This document shows, in pieces, positions 37,422 through 46,741 of a stretch of 64,000 nucleotides of DNA; position 1 is the first letter of the stretch, and the number at the start of each line of letters is the position of its first letter. Below the pieces are notes generated by a model. It searched no databases. It was not told where the DNA came from and saw only the letters and a program-made list of their open reading frames with translations. Origin of the DNA: Gammaproteobacteria bacterium (GTDB lineage Bacteria > Pseudomonadota > Gammaproteobacteria > Eutrophobiales > Eutrophobiaceae); contig CBDEUK010000002.1 of NCBI GenBank assembly GCA_965243205.1, positions 1,312,001-1,376,000 on the forward strand. Reading direction: 5' to 3'. A program made the translations under genes and the position numbers.

Positions 37422-38612
37422 TTACTCAATAATTTTAGCGACGACACCCGCACCGACGGTACGACCACCTTCACGAATCGCGAAGCGTAAACCTTCTTCC
37501 ATCGCAATCGGCGCTATCAATGTAACAGTCATCTTAACGTTATCACCCGGCATCACCATCTCAGTGCCACTCGGTAATTCACATGCACCTGTAACATCAG
37601 TGGTTCTAAAATAAAATTGAGGACGGTAATTGTTGAAGAATGGCGTATGACGGCCACCTTCATCTTTCGATAACACATACACTTCCGCTTCAAATTTAGT
37701 ATGTGGTGTAATTGAACCTGGGACACATAATACCTGTCCACGTTCAACTTCTTCACGCTTGGTACCACGCAGTAACACACCCACGTTATCACCCGCTTGA
37801 CCTTCATCTAGAAGTTTGCGGAACATCTCAACACCCGTACATGTCGTCTTTTGGGTCTCTTTAATACCCACAATCTCTATCTCATCACCCACGTGGATAA
37901 TACCGCGCTCAACACGACCCGTAACAACCGTTCCACGACCAGAGATACTGAATACATCTTCAATCGGCATCAAGAATTGCTGGTCAACCGGACGCTCAGG
38001 GACCGGGAAGTATTCGTCCATCTCAGCTACCAATTTCTCAATCGCTGGAATACCAATATCACTGGTATCACCTTCAATCGCTTTTAAGGCTGAACCGGTA
38101 ACAATCGGAGTATCATCCCCAGGAAAATCGTAGCTGTCTAACAACTCACGCACTTCCATCTCAACCAATTCTAATAATTCCGCATCATCAACTTGGTCGG
38201 CTTTGTTGAGGAATACAACAATGTAAGGAACACCTACTTGGCGAGATAATAAGATATGCTCACGAGTTTGTGGCATAGGACCATCGGCTGCTGAACAAAC
38301 CAATATCGCTCCGTCCATTTGCGCAGCACCCGTAATCATGTTCTTCACATAATCCGCGTGCCCTGGGCAGTCAACGTGTGCGTAGTGACGAGTATCACTT
38401 TCATACTCAACGTGAGCCGTCGAAATCGTAATACCACGTTCTCTTTCTTCCGGAGCATTATCAATCTGGTCGTAAGCCTTAGCCTCACCACCATGCTTCT
38501 CAGTCATCACTTTGGTTATCGCTGCTGTCAATGTCGTCTTACCATGGTCAACGTGACCTATTGTTCCTACATTCACATGCGGTTTCGTGCGTTCGAATTT
38601 TTCCTTAGACAT
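37422..38612 (-). CDS. tuf: Elongation factor Tu (tRNA-operon copy, ATG start)
   Basis: Protein identical to the 20855-22045 copy in the ORF track. Confidence 0.99.
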   Translation of the reverse strand: MSKEKFERTKPHVNVGTIGHVDHGKTTLTAAITKVMTEKHGGEAKAYDQIDNAPEERERGITISTAHVEYESDTRHYAHVDCPGHADYVKNMITGAAQMDGAILVCSAADGPMPQTREHILLSRQVGVPYIVVFLNKADQVDDAELLELVEMEVRELLDSYDFPGDDTPIVTGSALKAIEGDTSDIGIPAIEKLVAEMDEYFPVPERPVDQQFLMPIEDVFSISGRGTVVTGRVERGIIHVGDEIEIVGIKETQKTTCTGVEMFRKLLDEGQAGDNVGVLLRGTKREEVERGQVLCVPGSITPHTKFEAEVYVLSKDEGGRHTPFFNNYRPQFYFRTTDVTGACELPSGTEMVMPGDNVKMTVTLIAPIAMEEGLRFAIREGGRTVGAGVVAKIIE

Positions 38613-38670
38613 TTTTTATCTCCGGACCTATACCTTATATATATGTTAATAAAAATTACTTGTTAAAAAC

Positions 38671-38746
<76 letters not shown>

Positions 38747-38819
38747 AAAACTTTATTCTTATTTGCCCTTAAACCTATAAAAAAGGTTTTATAATTCAAT
38801 CACTTAAAAATCTTTAAGA

Positions 38820-38893
<74 letters not shown>

Positions 38894-38943
38894 GATAGTA
38901 TTCAATTAAGTAGCTCTAATTCTCTCTGTCCATCTAGATTTCG

Positions 38944-39028
38944 TGGTGGAGGGGGCTGGATTCGAACCAGCGTACTCAGAGAGAACGGATTTACAGTCCG
39001 TCGCCTTTAACCACTCGGCCACCCCTCC
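38944..39028 (-). tRNA. tRNA-Tyr (GTA)
   Basis: GGAGGGGTGGCCGAGTGGTTAAAGGCG-ACGGA-CTGTAAA-TCCGT, long variable arm, GGTTCGAATCC...CCCCTCCACCA; 85 nt. Confidence 0.97.
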
Positions 39029-39044
39029 AAAAATCAAGCCGTGC

Positions 39045-39073
39045 ATTGTTATTTAAAGTTCAGGCAGTGTCAA
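39045..39073 (-). promoter_or_regulatory. Sigma70 promoter of the tRNA-tuf-secE-nusG transcript
   Basis: Minus strand TTGACA-N17-AACAAT then GC-rich GCACGGC, 16 nt before tRNA-Tyr. A second TTGACA lies at 39077-39082. Confidence 0.7.
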
Positions 39074-39124
39074 TCGTGTCAAGGAGATTTTTCAAGGATT
39101 TAACAAATCTTTTATATATATTCT

Positions 39125-39697
39125 CTAACCGCCTGGGCGAATGACCTCTCCAGTGATTCCATGGCGTATTTCTGTTGGTTGTTGTCTATCTCCCAAAGGC
39201 CCTGAATAGATGAAATCGAGGTGGTTTTGGAAATAATCGTGTACCTGCTCTGAGGTTTTCGCTGGCTCTTTCATAGCAGGGTTAGCACTGGTGGAAATCA
39301 ATGGCCCTACTTGATGACATAATTTTTTCACAATGGGATGGTCAGAGACACGAACGGCGATAAATTCAGAACCACCCGTGATCCAATCAGAAACTGCTTC
39401 TTTGACAGGTAATAACCATGTCACTGGACCTGGCCATGTATTCTTTACTTCATCAAACCGCATGTCGCCACTTGTATCTATATAGGGATAAAGTTGTTCA
39501 ATCGTTTCTGCTACTACTATAAGACCTTTTTCTTTGGAACGTTGCTTCAAATTAAGTAGTCTTCTTATAGAAGACTCAAATTTTGGCAGACAACCTAGAC
39601 CATAAACAGCCTCCGTTGGATAAGCGATAATACCTCCAGAAACTAATGCCGAAGCTGCTTTATTTAATATAATAGTGTCTTGAGTATGAACATTCAT
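39125..39697 (-). CDS. tsaC: L-threonylcarbamoyladenylate synthase TsaC (YrdC/Sua5 family)
   Basis: IAYPTEAVYGLGC, LKQR...KGLI, WPGP.T, AVRVSDHP, STSAN. Confidence 0.95.
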   Translation of the reverse strand: MNVHTQDTIILNKAASALVSGGIIAYPTEAVYGLGCLPKFESSIRRLLNLKQRSKEKGLIVVAETIEQLYPYIDTSGDMRFDEVKNTWPGPVTWLLPVKEAVSDWITGGSEFIAVRVSDHPIVKKLCHQVGPLISTSANPAMKEPAKTSEQVHDYFQNHLDFIYSGPLGDRQQPTEIRHGITGEVIRPGG

Positions 39698-39719
39698 AAC
39701 TTGATTATTTTATGAATGA

Positions 39720-39887
39720 TTATTTAGACGCTTTCTTTTTTGTAGTTTTCTTACTGGCTTTTTTGGTCGTTTTTTTTGTAGTTTTTTTAGCAACTTTCTT
39801 TGTTGTTTTCTTAGTTGTCTTTTTCGCTACCTTCTTAGTTGTTTTCTTCGCAACTTTCTTAGTGGTTTTTTTCTTACCACGGCGACG
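39720..39887 (-). repeat. Degenerate 12-nt tandem repeat encoding twelve KKxx tetrapeptides (KKTT/KKVA/KKAS) at the TopA C-terminus
   Basis: Protein tail RRRGK-KKTT-KKVA-KKTT-KKVA-KKTT-KKTT-KKVA-KKTT-KKTT-KKAS-KKTT-KKKA-SK. Confidence 0.9.
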
Positions 39888-42164
39888 GCTAGCAGGTGCT
39901 TCAGCAATCATTCTTTGACAATCTTCTAATGTAAGTGATTTTGGCTCGACATCTTTAGGAATTTTTGCATTCTTCTCACCGTCTGTGACGTAAGGACCAT
40001 AACGGCCATTGAGTACAGATATCCCTTCTTCCTTGAATATTTTGATTTCTCGATTAGCATCGAATTCTTTTTTCTCTTTAACTAAGACTAATGCCTCTTC
40101 CAAAGTTACTGTGTATGGATCTTTATCTTTTAGAGATACAAACTTACTGCCATATCTAATATAAGGACCAAAGCGGCCAATATTCGCAGCAACTTCTTCA
40201 CCTTCATCCGTAAAACCTAAATCTCTTGGTAATTTGAAAAGCTCCATCGCTTCTTCAAACGTAATGCTATCCATTTTTTGGCCAGGCCGTAGGCCAGCAA
40301 ATTTTGGTTTTTCTTCATCCTCTTTAGTACCAATTTGCACATAAGGTCCATAACGTCCCATTCGCACAGAAACCGGAGAACCCGTTTTTGGATCCTTCCC
40401 TAATTCTCTAGAGTTAATCGCCTCGTCACGACTAACTGTTTCTTCTTTATCTTTTAATTGCGTATCGAATGGTTTCCAAAATTCTTCCATAACCGGAACC
40501 CATTCTTTTTCTCCACGAGAAATTGCATCTAACTCATCTTCCATTTTTGCAGTGAAAGCATAATCCACATAATCCGTAAAATGTGAGGTAAGAAACTTGT
40601 TAACGATTTTGCCAACATCAGTAGGCTCAAAACGTTTTTTCTCTAATTCAACATATTCACGCGACTTCAATGTATAAATAATGCTGGCATAGGTTGAAGG
40701 GCGACCGATACCATATTCTTCTAACGTTTTTACCAAACTCGCTTCGGTATATCTTGGAGGTGGTTCAGTAAAATGCTGATCGGCTTTAATATCATTAAGA
40801 TCTAATGTGTCACCTTCTTTCATTGGCGGTAAGATCTTTTCATCATTTTCATCTTGTGCATCATCTTTACCTTCTAGATACACCGCCATGAAACCAGGTT
40901 CTTTTATCGTTGAACCCGTAGCACGAAAAATACCTTGCCCACCACAATCTAAATCCACACCGACTGTATTAATCGTAGCGTGGATCATTTGACTAGCAAC
41001 TGTTCGTTTCCAGATCAAGTCATACAACTTAATTTGATCTTTGGATAAAAACTTCTTCAACGAAGCCGGATCTCGATCAACCGATGTAGGACGTATACCT
41101 TCATGAGCTTCCTGTGCATTCTTAGATTTATTTTTATAAACCCTTGGAGATTCAGGCACATTATCTTTGCCATATTTATGTTCTATATATTGACGAATTT
41201 CTGCAATCGCTTCGTTTGCCAATGTTACTGAATCCGTACGCATGTAAGTAATTAAACCAACGGCGCCTTCTCCAATATCAATACCTTCGTATAGTTGTTG
41301 CGCAGTACGCATTGTTTGTTGCGCACTAAAACCTAATTTACGAATCGCTTCTTGTTGCAAAGTAGAAGTAATGAATGGTGCTGTTGGTTGACGTTTACGC
41401 TCCTTCTCTTCAACTTTTTTTACAACTAACTTTCCTTTCGCAGAGCTTAATAAATTTTGTTTGGCTTCTGTCGCTGCTTTTTCATTATCAATCGTGAATT
41501 GTTTTAATTTCTCACCTTGATAAAAAGTCAATTTAGCCGCAACTTTTGATTTTCCTTTTTTGCTATCCGCTTCGATCGTCCAATATTCTTTAGGTACAAA
41601 CTTTTCAATTTCTTCTTCACGTTCACAAATCATTCGTAGAGCAGGACTTTGCACACGACCAGCAGACAAACCTCGACGAATTTTTTTCCAAAGCAATGGG
41701 GAAAGATTAAAACCGACTAAATAATCTAAAACGCGTCGAGCTTGTTGAGCATTAATTAAATCGTCGGATAATTCTCTTGGTGATGCGATAGCATCATTAA
41801 CTGCAGACTTGGTAACTTCATGAAACACAACCCGATGTACATCTTTTTGGTTCAAATCACCTTGCTCTTTCAACATTTCATATAAATGCCATGAAATAGC
41901 TTCACCTTCTCTATCCGGGTCAGTCGCAAGATAAAGTGTATCGGCTTTTTTTAGCGCTTTAGAAATAGCATCAACATGTTTTGCATTTTTTTCAATCTGC
42001 TCAAACTTCATTGAAAAATTGTCTTCGGTATCAACCGCGCCAGTTTTAGGTAATAAGTCTCTTACATGACCATAGGATGCAAGTACTTTAAAACCCTTGC
42101 CTAAGTATCTTTCGAGAGTTTTTGCTTTAGCGGGTGATTCAACAACGACGAGTGATTTACTCAT
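39720..42164 (-). CDS. topA: DNA topoisomerase I (type IA) with Zn-free C-terminal repeats and Lys-rich tail
   Basis: LVVVESPAKAKT, ATDPDREGEAI, SAGRVQS, ITYMRTDS, AQEAHEGIRPT, GIGRPSTYA; three GR(Y/F)GPY repeats and no Cys4 ribbons. Confidence 0.98.
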   Translation of the reverse strand: MSKSLVVVESPAKAKTLERYLGKGFKVLASYGHVRDLLPKTGAVDTEDNFSMKFEQIEKNAKHVDAISKALKKADTLYLATDPDREGEAISWHLYEMLKEQGDLNQKDVHRVVFHEVTKSAVNDAIASPRELSDDLINAQQARRVLDYLVGFNLSPLLWKKIRRGLSAGRVQSPALRMICEREEEIEKFVPKEYWTIEADSKKGKSKVAAKLTFYQGEKLKQFTIDNEKAATEAKQNLLSSAKGKLVVKKVEEKERKRQPTAPFITSTLQQEAIRKLGFSAQQTMRTAQQLYEGIDIGEGAVGLITYMRTDSVTLANEAIAEIRQYIEHKYGKDNVPESPRVYKNKSKNAQEAHEGIRPTSVDRDPASLKKFLSKDQIKLYDLIWKRTVASQMIHATINTVGVDLDCGGQGIFRATGSTIKEPGFMAVYLEGKDDAQDENDEKILPPMKEGDTLDLNDIKADQHFTEPPPRYTEASLVKTLEEYGIGRPSTYASIIYTLKSREYVELEKKRFEPTDVGKIVNKFLTSHFTDYVDYAFTAKMEDELDAISRGEKEWVPVMEEFWKPFDTQLKDKEETVSRDEAINSRELGKDPKTGSPVSVRMGRYGPYVQIGTKEDEEKPKFAGLRPGQKMDSITFEEAMELFKLPRDLGFTDEGEEVAANIGRFGPYIRYGSKFVSLKDKDPYTVTLEEALVLVKEKKEFDANREIKIFKEEGISVLNGRYGPYVTDGEKNAKIPKDVEPKSLTLEDCQRMIAEAPASRRRGKKKTTKKVAKKTTKKVAKKTTKKTTKKVAKKTTKKTTKKASKKTTKKKASK

Positions 42165-42229
42165 AAACGAGAGTTACCTTAACTGATATATCCTGAATAT
42201 GTACTTATCTCAACGCAAGTACGTTTTTA

Positions 42230-42700
42230 TTAATGTATGTTACCTTCTACTTCTTCCATCATGATATCTTCCATCCATGCATAAGCAGCTTCTTTACCTG
42301 GCTGGTTTAACAATACCATTAATATTACCCATTTAAGCTGCTGCAATTCAATTTCTTCTGTATCAAGAGCCATAACCCTATCAATCACAAACTCTCGATC
42401 ATTCGGATCTAAAATATTAGCTTGTTCTAAAAATGTTAATAAACCTCGACAATCGACATTAAGTTTCTGCTGTTCGATATCATTATAAACTCTTAACGAT
42501 GCAGAAGTTTTCAATCCGCTACTGTTTTGCTCGATAGTTAGACCATCAAGCCAGTCAAACGCGCGATTGACTTGCTGATCCTGAAAACCAGCTTCTCGCA
42601 ATTGTAATCGTAACGTTTCTTGATCGGGTGTGTAATTTATTTCTTCATCTATATATTGATCAAATAAATACATCAACACATCCAAGACACTTTCTTTCAT
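42230..42700 (-). CDS. smg: Smg family protein (DUF494)
   Basis: VLDVLMYLF, L..AGF, A.DWL, R.Y...E, RE.VIDR.MAL, LKWVILMVL.N.PG; between dprA and topA. Confidence 0.93.
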   Translation of the reverse strand: MKESVLDVLMYLFDQYIDEEINYTPDQETLRLQLREAGFQDQQVNRAFDWLDGLTIEQNSSGLKTSASLRVYNDIEQQKLNVDCRGLLTFLEQANILDPNDREFVIDRVMALDTEEIELQQLKWVILMVLLNQPGKEAAYAWMEDIMMEEVEGNIH

Positions 42701-42715
42701 ATTCTTCAGCCCGTA

Positions 42716-43828
42716 TTAAGTGATACGTATATAACTGCCACCCAGTTGTGATTGGACAAAACCATTTATCTCCATAGTTAACAGCATGGAACAAAGCGCA
42801 TCCGCCGTCAATCCACTTTTTGTGACCAACTCATCGATTGATATTGGTTCATAACCAATAAATTCAAGTACAATCTGATGGTTTTTATCTAAATTACTTT
42901 CTATATTTTCAGTTGATTTATTCATTTCACAATCATTGTTTTCAACATTGATTTGATATTGAATTTCTTCAACGATATCTTCAACACACTCAACTAACTT
43001 CGCACCCTGCTTAATTAAACTATGACAACCAGAACTCATAGCGTTCAATATTGAGCCTGGTATAGCAAATACTTCGCGCCCTTGCTCCAAAGCATATTTT
43101 GCAGTGATGAGTGATCCACTTTTTTTTGCCGCCTCAACGATTAGGCTACCTAAACTAAGACCACTGATGATGCGATTTCGTTGCGGAAAATTTTGAGGTA
43201 ATGGGGGTGTTAACGGAGGAAACTCTGAAATAACGGCTCCGCTTTGACAAATCATATTAGCAAGATTTTTATGTTTCACCGGATATACATTATCTATACC
43301 ATTGCCTAAAACCGCAACTGTTTTACCTTCTGCCTCTATTGCCCCAAGATGGCTCTGATAATCAACCCCATAAGCTAATCCACTGGTGATTGTAAAACCA
43401 ATTGAAGATAATTTTTCCGCAAACTCTTTCGCCAAGCGTTTTCCTGTCGCTGTTGGCTTCCTACTACCTACAATACTTAGTTGAGGTGAACTTAAAATCG
43501 AGGGATCCCCATCAACAAATAAGAGCAGAGGGGCTGATGAGATATATCTTAACTGCTCTGGGTATTCTTCATCATTAGTCGTCAGCAAAAAATGATTTGG
43601 TTTTGCAAGCCATGCCAAATCTTTTTCAATCATACCCCAATCAGGTTTAGTTATATGGTTGACTGTCACATCTTCCAAACCTAATTGTTTAAGAAAAGAA
43701 CCTTCTTGTTCAAAAACTTCTTGAATATTCGAAAAAAGATTAAGAAGGGATAAGGTTTTACTTGGACCTAACTTGGGAACTCGATGTAGTGCAAGGTAAT
43801 AAGGGATATCTTGTTCGATTCCATTCAT
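42716..43828 (-). CDS. dprA: DNA-processing protein DprA (Smf)
   Basis: IVGSRK, ITSGLAYGVD..SH.GA, SEFPP, FPQRNRIISGLS, VEAAKKSGSLITA, GREVFAIPG; C-terminal winged helix. Confidence 0.97.
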   Translation of the reverse strand: MNGIEQDIPYYLALHRVPKLGPSKTLSLLNLFSNIQEVFEQEGSFLKQLGLEDVTVNHITKPDWGMIEKDLAWLAKPNHFLLTTNDEEYPEQLRYISSAPLLLFVDGDPSILSSPQLSIVGSRKPTATGKRLAKEFAEKLSSIGFTITSGLAYGVDYQSHLGAIEAEGKTVAVLGNGIDNVYPVKHKNLANMICQSGAVISEFPPLTPPLPQNFPQRNRIISGLSLGSLIVEAAKKSGSLITAKYALEQGREVFAIPGSILNAMSSGCHSLIKQGAKLVECVEDIVEEIQYQINVENNDCEMNKSTENIESNLDKNHQIVLEFIGYEPISIDELVTKSGLTADALCSMLLTMEINGFVQSQLGGSYIRIT

Positions 43829-43831
43829 GTT

Positions 43832-43844
43832 CTACTTCCTGTAG
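43832..43844 (-). promoter_or_regulatory. Candidate CsrA/RsmA-binding hairpin over the dprA ribosome-binding site
   Basis: Minus strand CTAC-AGGAA-GTAG, with GGA in the loop; the hairpin ends 3 nt before the ATG. Confidence 0.5.
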
Positions 43845-43849
43845 TTAAT

Positions 43850-43880
43850 AAAAAAGCCGTCTTTGTGAGACGGCTTTTAT
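43850..43880 (-). terminator. Intrinsic terminator after the LysM gene
   Basis: Minus strand AAAAGCCGTCT-CACAA-AGACGGCTTTTTT. Confidence 0.85.
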
Positions 43881-43904
43881 ACTAACAAAAATTATGACAT
43901 GAGT

Positions 43905-45125
43905 TTATAAATTCTTTACTCCGTCATTTTCGTGTACTGGAGCTTGAACTTCCATAACCAATCCATAACTTAGTTTATCAAATGTTCTAATAACCATTAA
44001 TACGCCTGCATATTCATCTGGCAAAATCACTCGATCTTTTTTAGCTTCAGGTCTGCCCAGATACCCTACTAAAGCCGTCTGATCAAATTTCTTTTTGCCT
44101 CTTCGAACAGCATCAATGACCTCAGCAAATGCCGCTGGAATTGCAGCACCATAATCATCAGCCTCACGTTCAATACCTAATGCATCAGAATCATCCTCAG
44201 GCTCACGTTTTTTCACTGCATCTTTATATTCCGTGCTTAAACGATCAACCACTTCTCGACCACTTTGGTAAATGCCAAGTACTGTGCCTTTTTCGATACC
44301 ATCACGCTCACCGACATCCATCACTACTACTTGGTACTGACCTATTTCAGAAACACCATCGATCACTGAAATAATGTTACCTTTGATTTCTTGATTCGGG
44401 TTTTTTGGAATAAAATCAGTATCAATTTCGCCTTCAGATTCATTAATGAGTCGGTCACCAATCAGTACCTCTCGAGTCGAGTTGGAAATTAATGCTGAAG
44501 CTGGATCACCCAAACGATCTACTGCAGCGTCAGCAATATATAGCGCCTCGTAACCCAAAACTTCACCTTCTTCTGTACGATCAGATGTATAAGCATTACC
44601 TTTTCTATAAATTGAATATCGTCCTTCAATTTGGTCATCTTTCATACCTCTGACGTAAACTTTATTACCTGTGCCATTGACTAAATGGCCATCTTTACTA
44701 GCCATTATGTAAGGCCAAGTATCTACTTCATCCTCTTCCATAACTAAGGGATGAGCTAAGAAATTACGTATTACATCTATAGGGATAGAAGGAATCGCGC
44801 CATTTCGTTCATGAGAACGAACACCTGGTGATAATTTCACATCACGACCACCAGCTACCGTCAACATTGGACGACCATCCACATACACTAAACGCACTAT
44901 ATCCCCAGGGTAAATTAAATGTGGATTATTGATATGCGGATTACCCTTCCAAATTTCCGGCCAACGCCATGGTGTACGCAGAAAATGCGCTGAGATATCC
45001 CATAGAGTATCCCCTTTTACGACAACGTGTTCCAGAGGGTGATCCTCCCGAACCTTTAAAACGTCCGCTACTGCCGCAGTAGCGAATACATACAGTGATA
45101 TCAGGTAAGCAATTTTTTTAAGCAT
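43905..45125 (-). CDS. Exported LysM peptidoglycan-binding protein (TsaP-like, type IV pilus secretin-associated family)
   Basis: Signal peptide, LysM (HVVVKGDTLWDIS..FL..PWRWPEIW..NP.I.NPHLIYPGD), VKLSP, E.LGYEA, LPDE.AG.LMV.RTF.K.SYGLV; usual position divergent from def and upstream of dprA. Confidence 0.88.
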   Translation of the reverse strand: MLKKIAYLISLYVFATAAVADVLKVREDHPLEHVVVKGDTLWDISAHFLRTPWRWPEIWKGNPHINNPHLIYPGDIVRLVYVDGRPMLTVAGGRDVKLSPGVRSHERNGAIPSIPIDVIRNFLAHPLVMEEDEVDTWPYIMASKDGHLVNGTGNKVYVRGMKDDQIEGRYSIYRKGNAYTSDRTEEGEVLGYEALYIADAAVDRLGDPASALISNSTREVLIGDRLINESEGEIDTDFIPKNPNQEIKGNIISVIDGVSEIGQYQVVVMDVGERDGIEKGTVLGIYQSGREVVDRLSTEYKDAVKKREPEDDSDALGIEREADDYGAAIPAAFAEVIDAVRRGKKKFDQTALVGYLGRPEAKKDRVILPDEYAGVLMVIRTFDKLSYGLVMEVQAPVHENDGVKNL

Positions 45126-45275
45126 CTCAAGTACCTTAGAGTATTTCCTTAATGTAGATTAGCAAAAAGTCTAGCAGAATTTAAGCCTTGTCACCAAGAA
45201 CTAACTGAAATATCGAACTAGTACCAATTTTTTGTATACTAACAGCATGTTAATCAAATCTTTTTAGAGTAAATT

Positions 45276-45788
45276 ATGGCTTTGTTACCCATTTTGCATT
45301 TTCCAGACGAACGACTGCGAAATATTGCAAAACCTATCGAAAACATCGATGAAGATACTAAAACACTTGCAAAAGACATGCTCGAAACCATGTACGACGA
45401 TGGGGGCATCGGCTTAGCTGCAACTCAAGTAAATGTCGCAAAACGTCTAGTTGTTATGGATTTATCTGAAGATAAAAATGAAGCTATCTATTTGATTAAT
45501 CCAGAGATTATCGACTCTCAAGGTACTGAAAAAACTAAAGAAGGCTGTTTATCTGTTCCCGGCTTTTATGAATATGTAAAACGTGCTGAATGGGTTCGTT
45601 GCCGTTATTTAGACTTAGATGGCAAAGAGCAAGAACTCGAAACTGATGGATTATTAGCAGTGTGTATTCAACATGAAATTGACCATTTAGACGGAAAACT
45701 CTTCATTGACTACCTCTCACCACTGAAAAAAGCTCGGTTGAAAAAGAAACTCGAAAAACAGGAGAAATTGCAGGCTGAACTTTTGTGA
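45276..45788 (+). CDS. def: Peptide deformylase
   Basis: [24 protein letters not shown]. Confidence 0.98.
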   Translation: MALLPILHFPDERLRNIAKPIENIDEDTKTLAKDMLETMYDDGGIGLAATQVNVAKRLVVMDLSEDKNEAIYLINPEIIDSQGTEKTKEGCLSVPGFYEYVKRAEWVRCRYLDLDGKEQELETDGLLAVCIQHEIDHLDGKLFIDYLSPLKKARLKKKLEKQEKLQAELL

Positions 45789-46711
45789 GTGAGTATTCAC
45801 TTAAGATAGCCTTCGCTGGAACACCTGAACTTGCAGCGATAGCACTCAGTAGAATATTAGAAACAAATTCGATTTCAGTAGAATTTGTATTGAGCCAACC
45901 TGATCGTCCGGCTGGACGAGGCCGCAAAGTCAAAGCTAGTCCAGTCAAAGAACTTGCCCTTGAACATGCTCTGCCTGTTTACCAACCTAATAACTCTGCG
46001 GAAATTGATCCTGAGAATTTATTATCTTCAGTCGATCTCATGGTTGTTGCGGCTTATGGAATGCTATTACCTGAGGAAATTCTAAACCGCCCTAAATACG
46101 GCTGCATAAACATACACACTTCTTTGTTACCTAGATGGCGAGGTGCTGCTCCCATTCAACGTGCTATCGAAGCTGGCGATAAACAAACTGGCGTCACTAT
46201 TATGCAAATGGAAGTCGGATTGGATACCGGCCCGATGATACTAAAAAAGATTTGTGATATTGAATCTGATGATACTGCTGCAATATTACACGATAAATTA
46301 GCTAAACTTGGCGCTGAAGGGATTATTGAAGTACTTAAAATGTACCAATCAGAAAGACCTATCGCCGAAATTCAAGATGATAACAATGCAACATACGCAA
46401 AAAAGCTCTCTAAAGCTGAAGCGAAAGTCGACTGGGAACAATCAGCTGAAATCATTGAACGTAAAATAAGAGCTTTTAATCCTGCTCCTATTTGTCATTC
46501 TGAAATCAATGGACAAACTATGAGAATATGGGAAGCTCGAATTGGAAACGTTAATGGAGCCACTAAACCAGGAACAATAATCGGTAAAATCGATAATGGA
46601 ATTGAAATCGCTTGTGGTAATGGTTCTTTAATCATTACAAGGTTACAACTACCAGGAAAAAAACCAATCACCGCAAAGCAATTTTTAAATGGTCGCCCTG
46701 ACTTTATCTGA
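45785..46711 (+). CDS. fmt: Methionyl-tRNA formyltransferase
   Basis: [42 protein letters not shown]; GTG start overlapping the def stop. Confidence 0.98.
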   Translation: MSEYSLKIAFAGTPELAAIALSRILETNSISVEFVLSQPDRPAGRGRKVKASPVKELALEHALPVYQPNNSAEIDPENLLSSVDLMVVAAYGMLLPEEILNRPKYGCINIHTSLLPRWRGAAPIQRAIEAGDKQTGVTIMQMEVGLDTGPMILKKICDIESDDTAAILHDKLAKLGAEGIIEVLKMYQSERPIAEIQDDNNATYAKKLSKAEAKVDWEQSAEIIERKIRAFNPAPICHSEINGQTMRIWEARIGNVNGATKPGTIIGKIDNGIEIACGNGSLIITRLQLPGKKPITAKQFLNGRPDFI

Positions 46712-46741
46712 TCACTTTATAATTTAATCCCTTCTAATATT

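Noticed and set aside
38794-38806. ATTCAATCACTTA between tRNA genes (similar to TAAGTGATTG at 33801-33810) as an IHF or integrase attachment site
   Set aside because: Imperfect match in AT-rich DNA, with no integrase, no duplicated tRNA 3' end and no foreign genes nearby.
38944-39124. Absence of tRNA-Thr(TGT) ahead of tRNA-Tyr compared with the E. coli tufB operon
   Set aside because: Tyr-Gly-Thr-tuf-Trp-secE is a common arrangement in non-enteric gamma- and betaproteobacteria.
39712-39918. 68-aa Phe/Val/Leu-rich plus-strand ORF resembling a membrane peptide or toxin
   Set aside because: It is the reverse complement of the lysine-repeat tail of topA (AAA/AAG read as TTT/CTT) and has no independent support.
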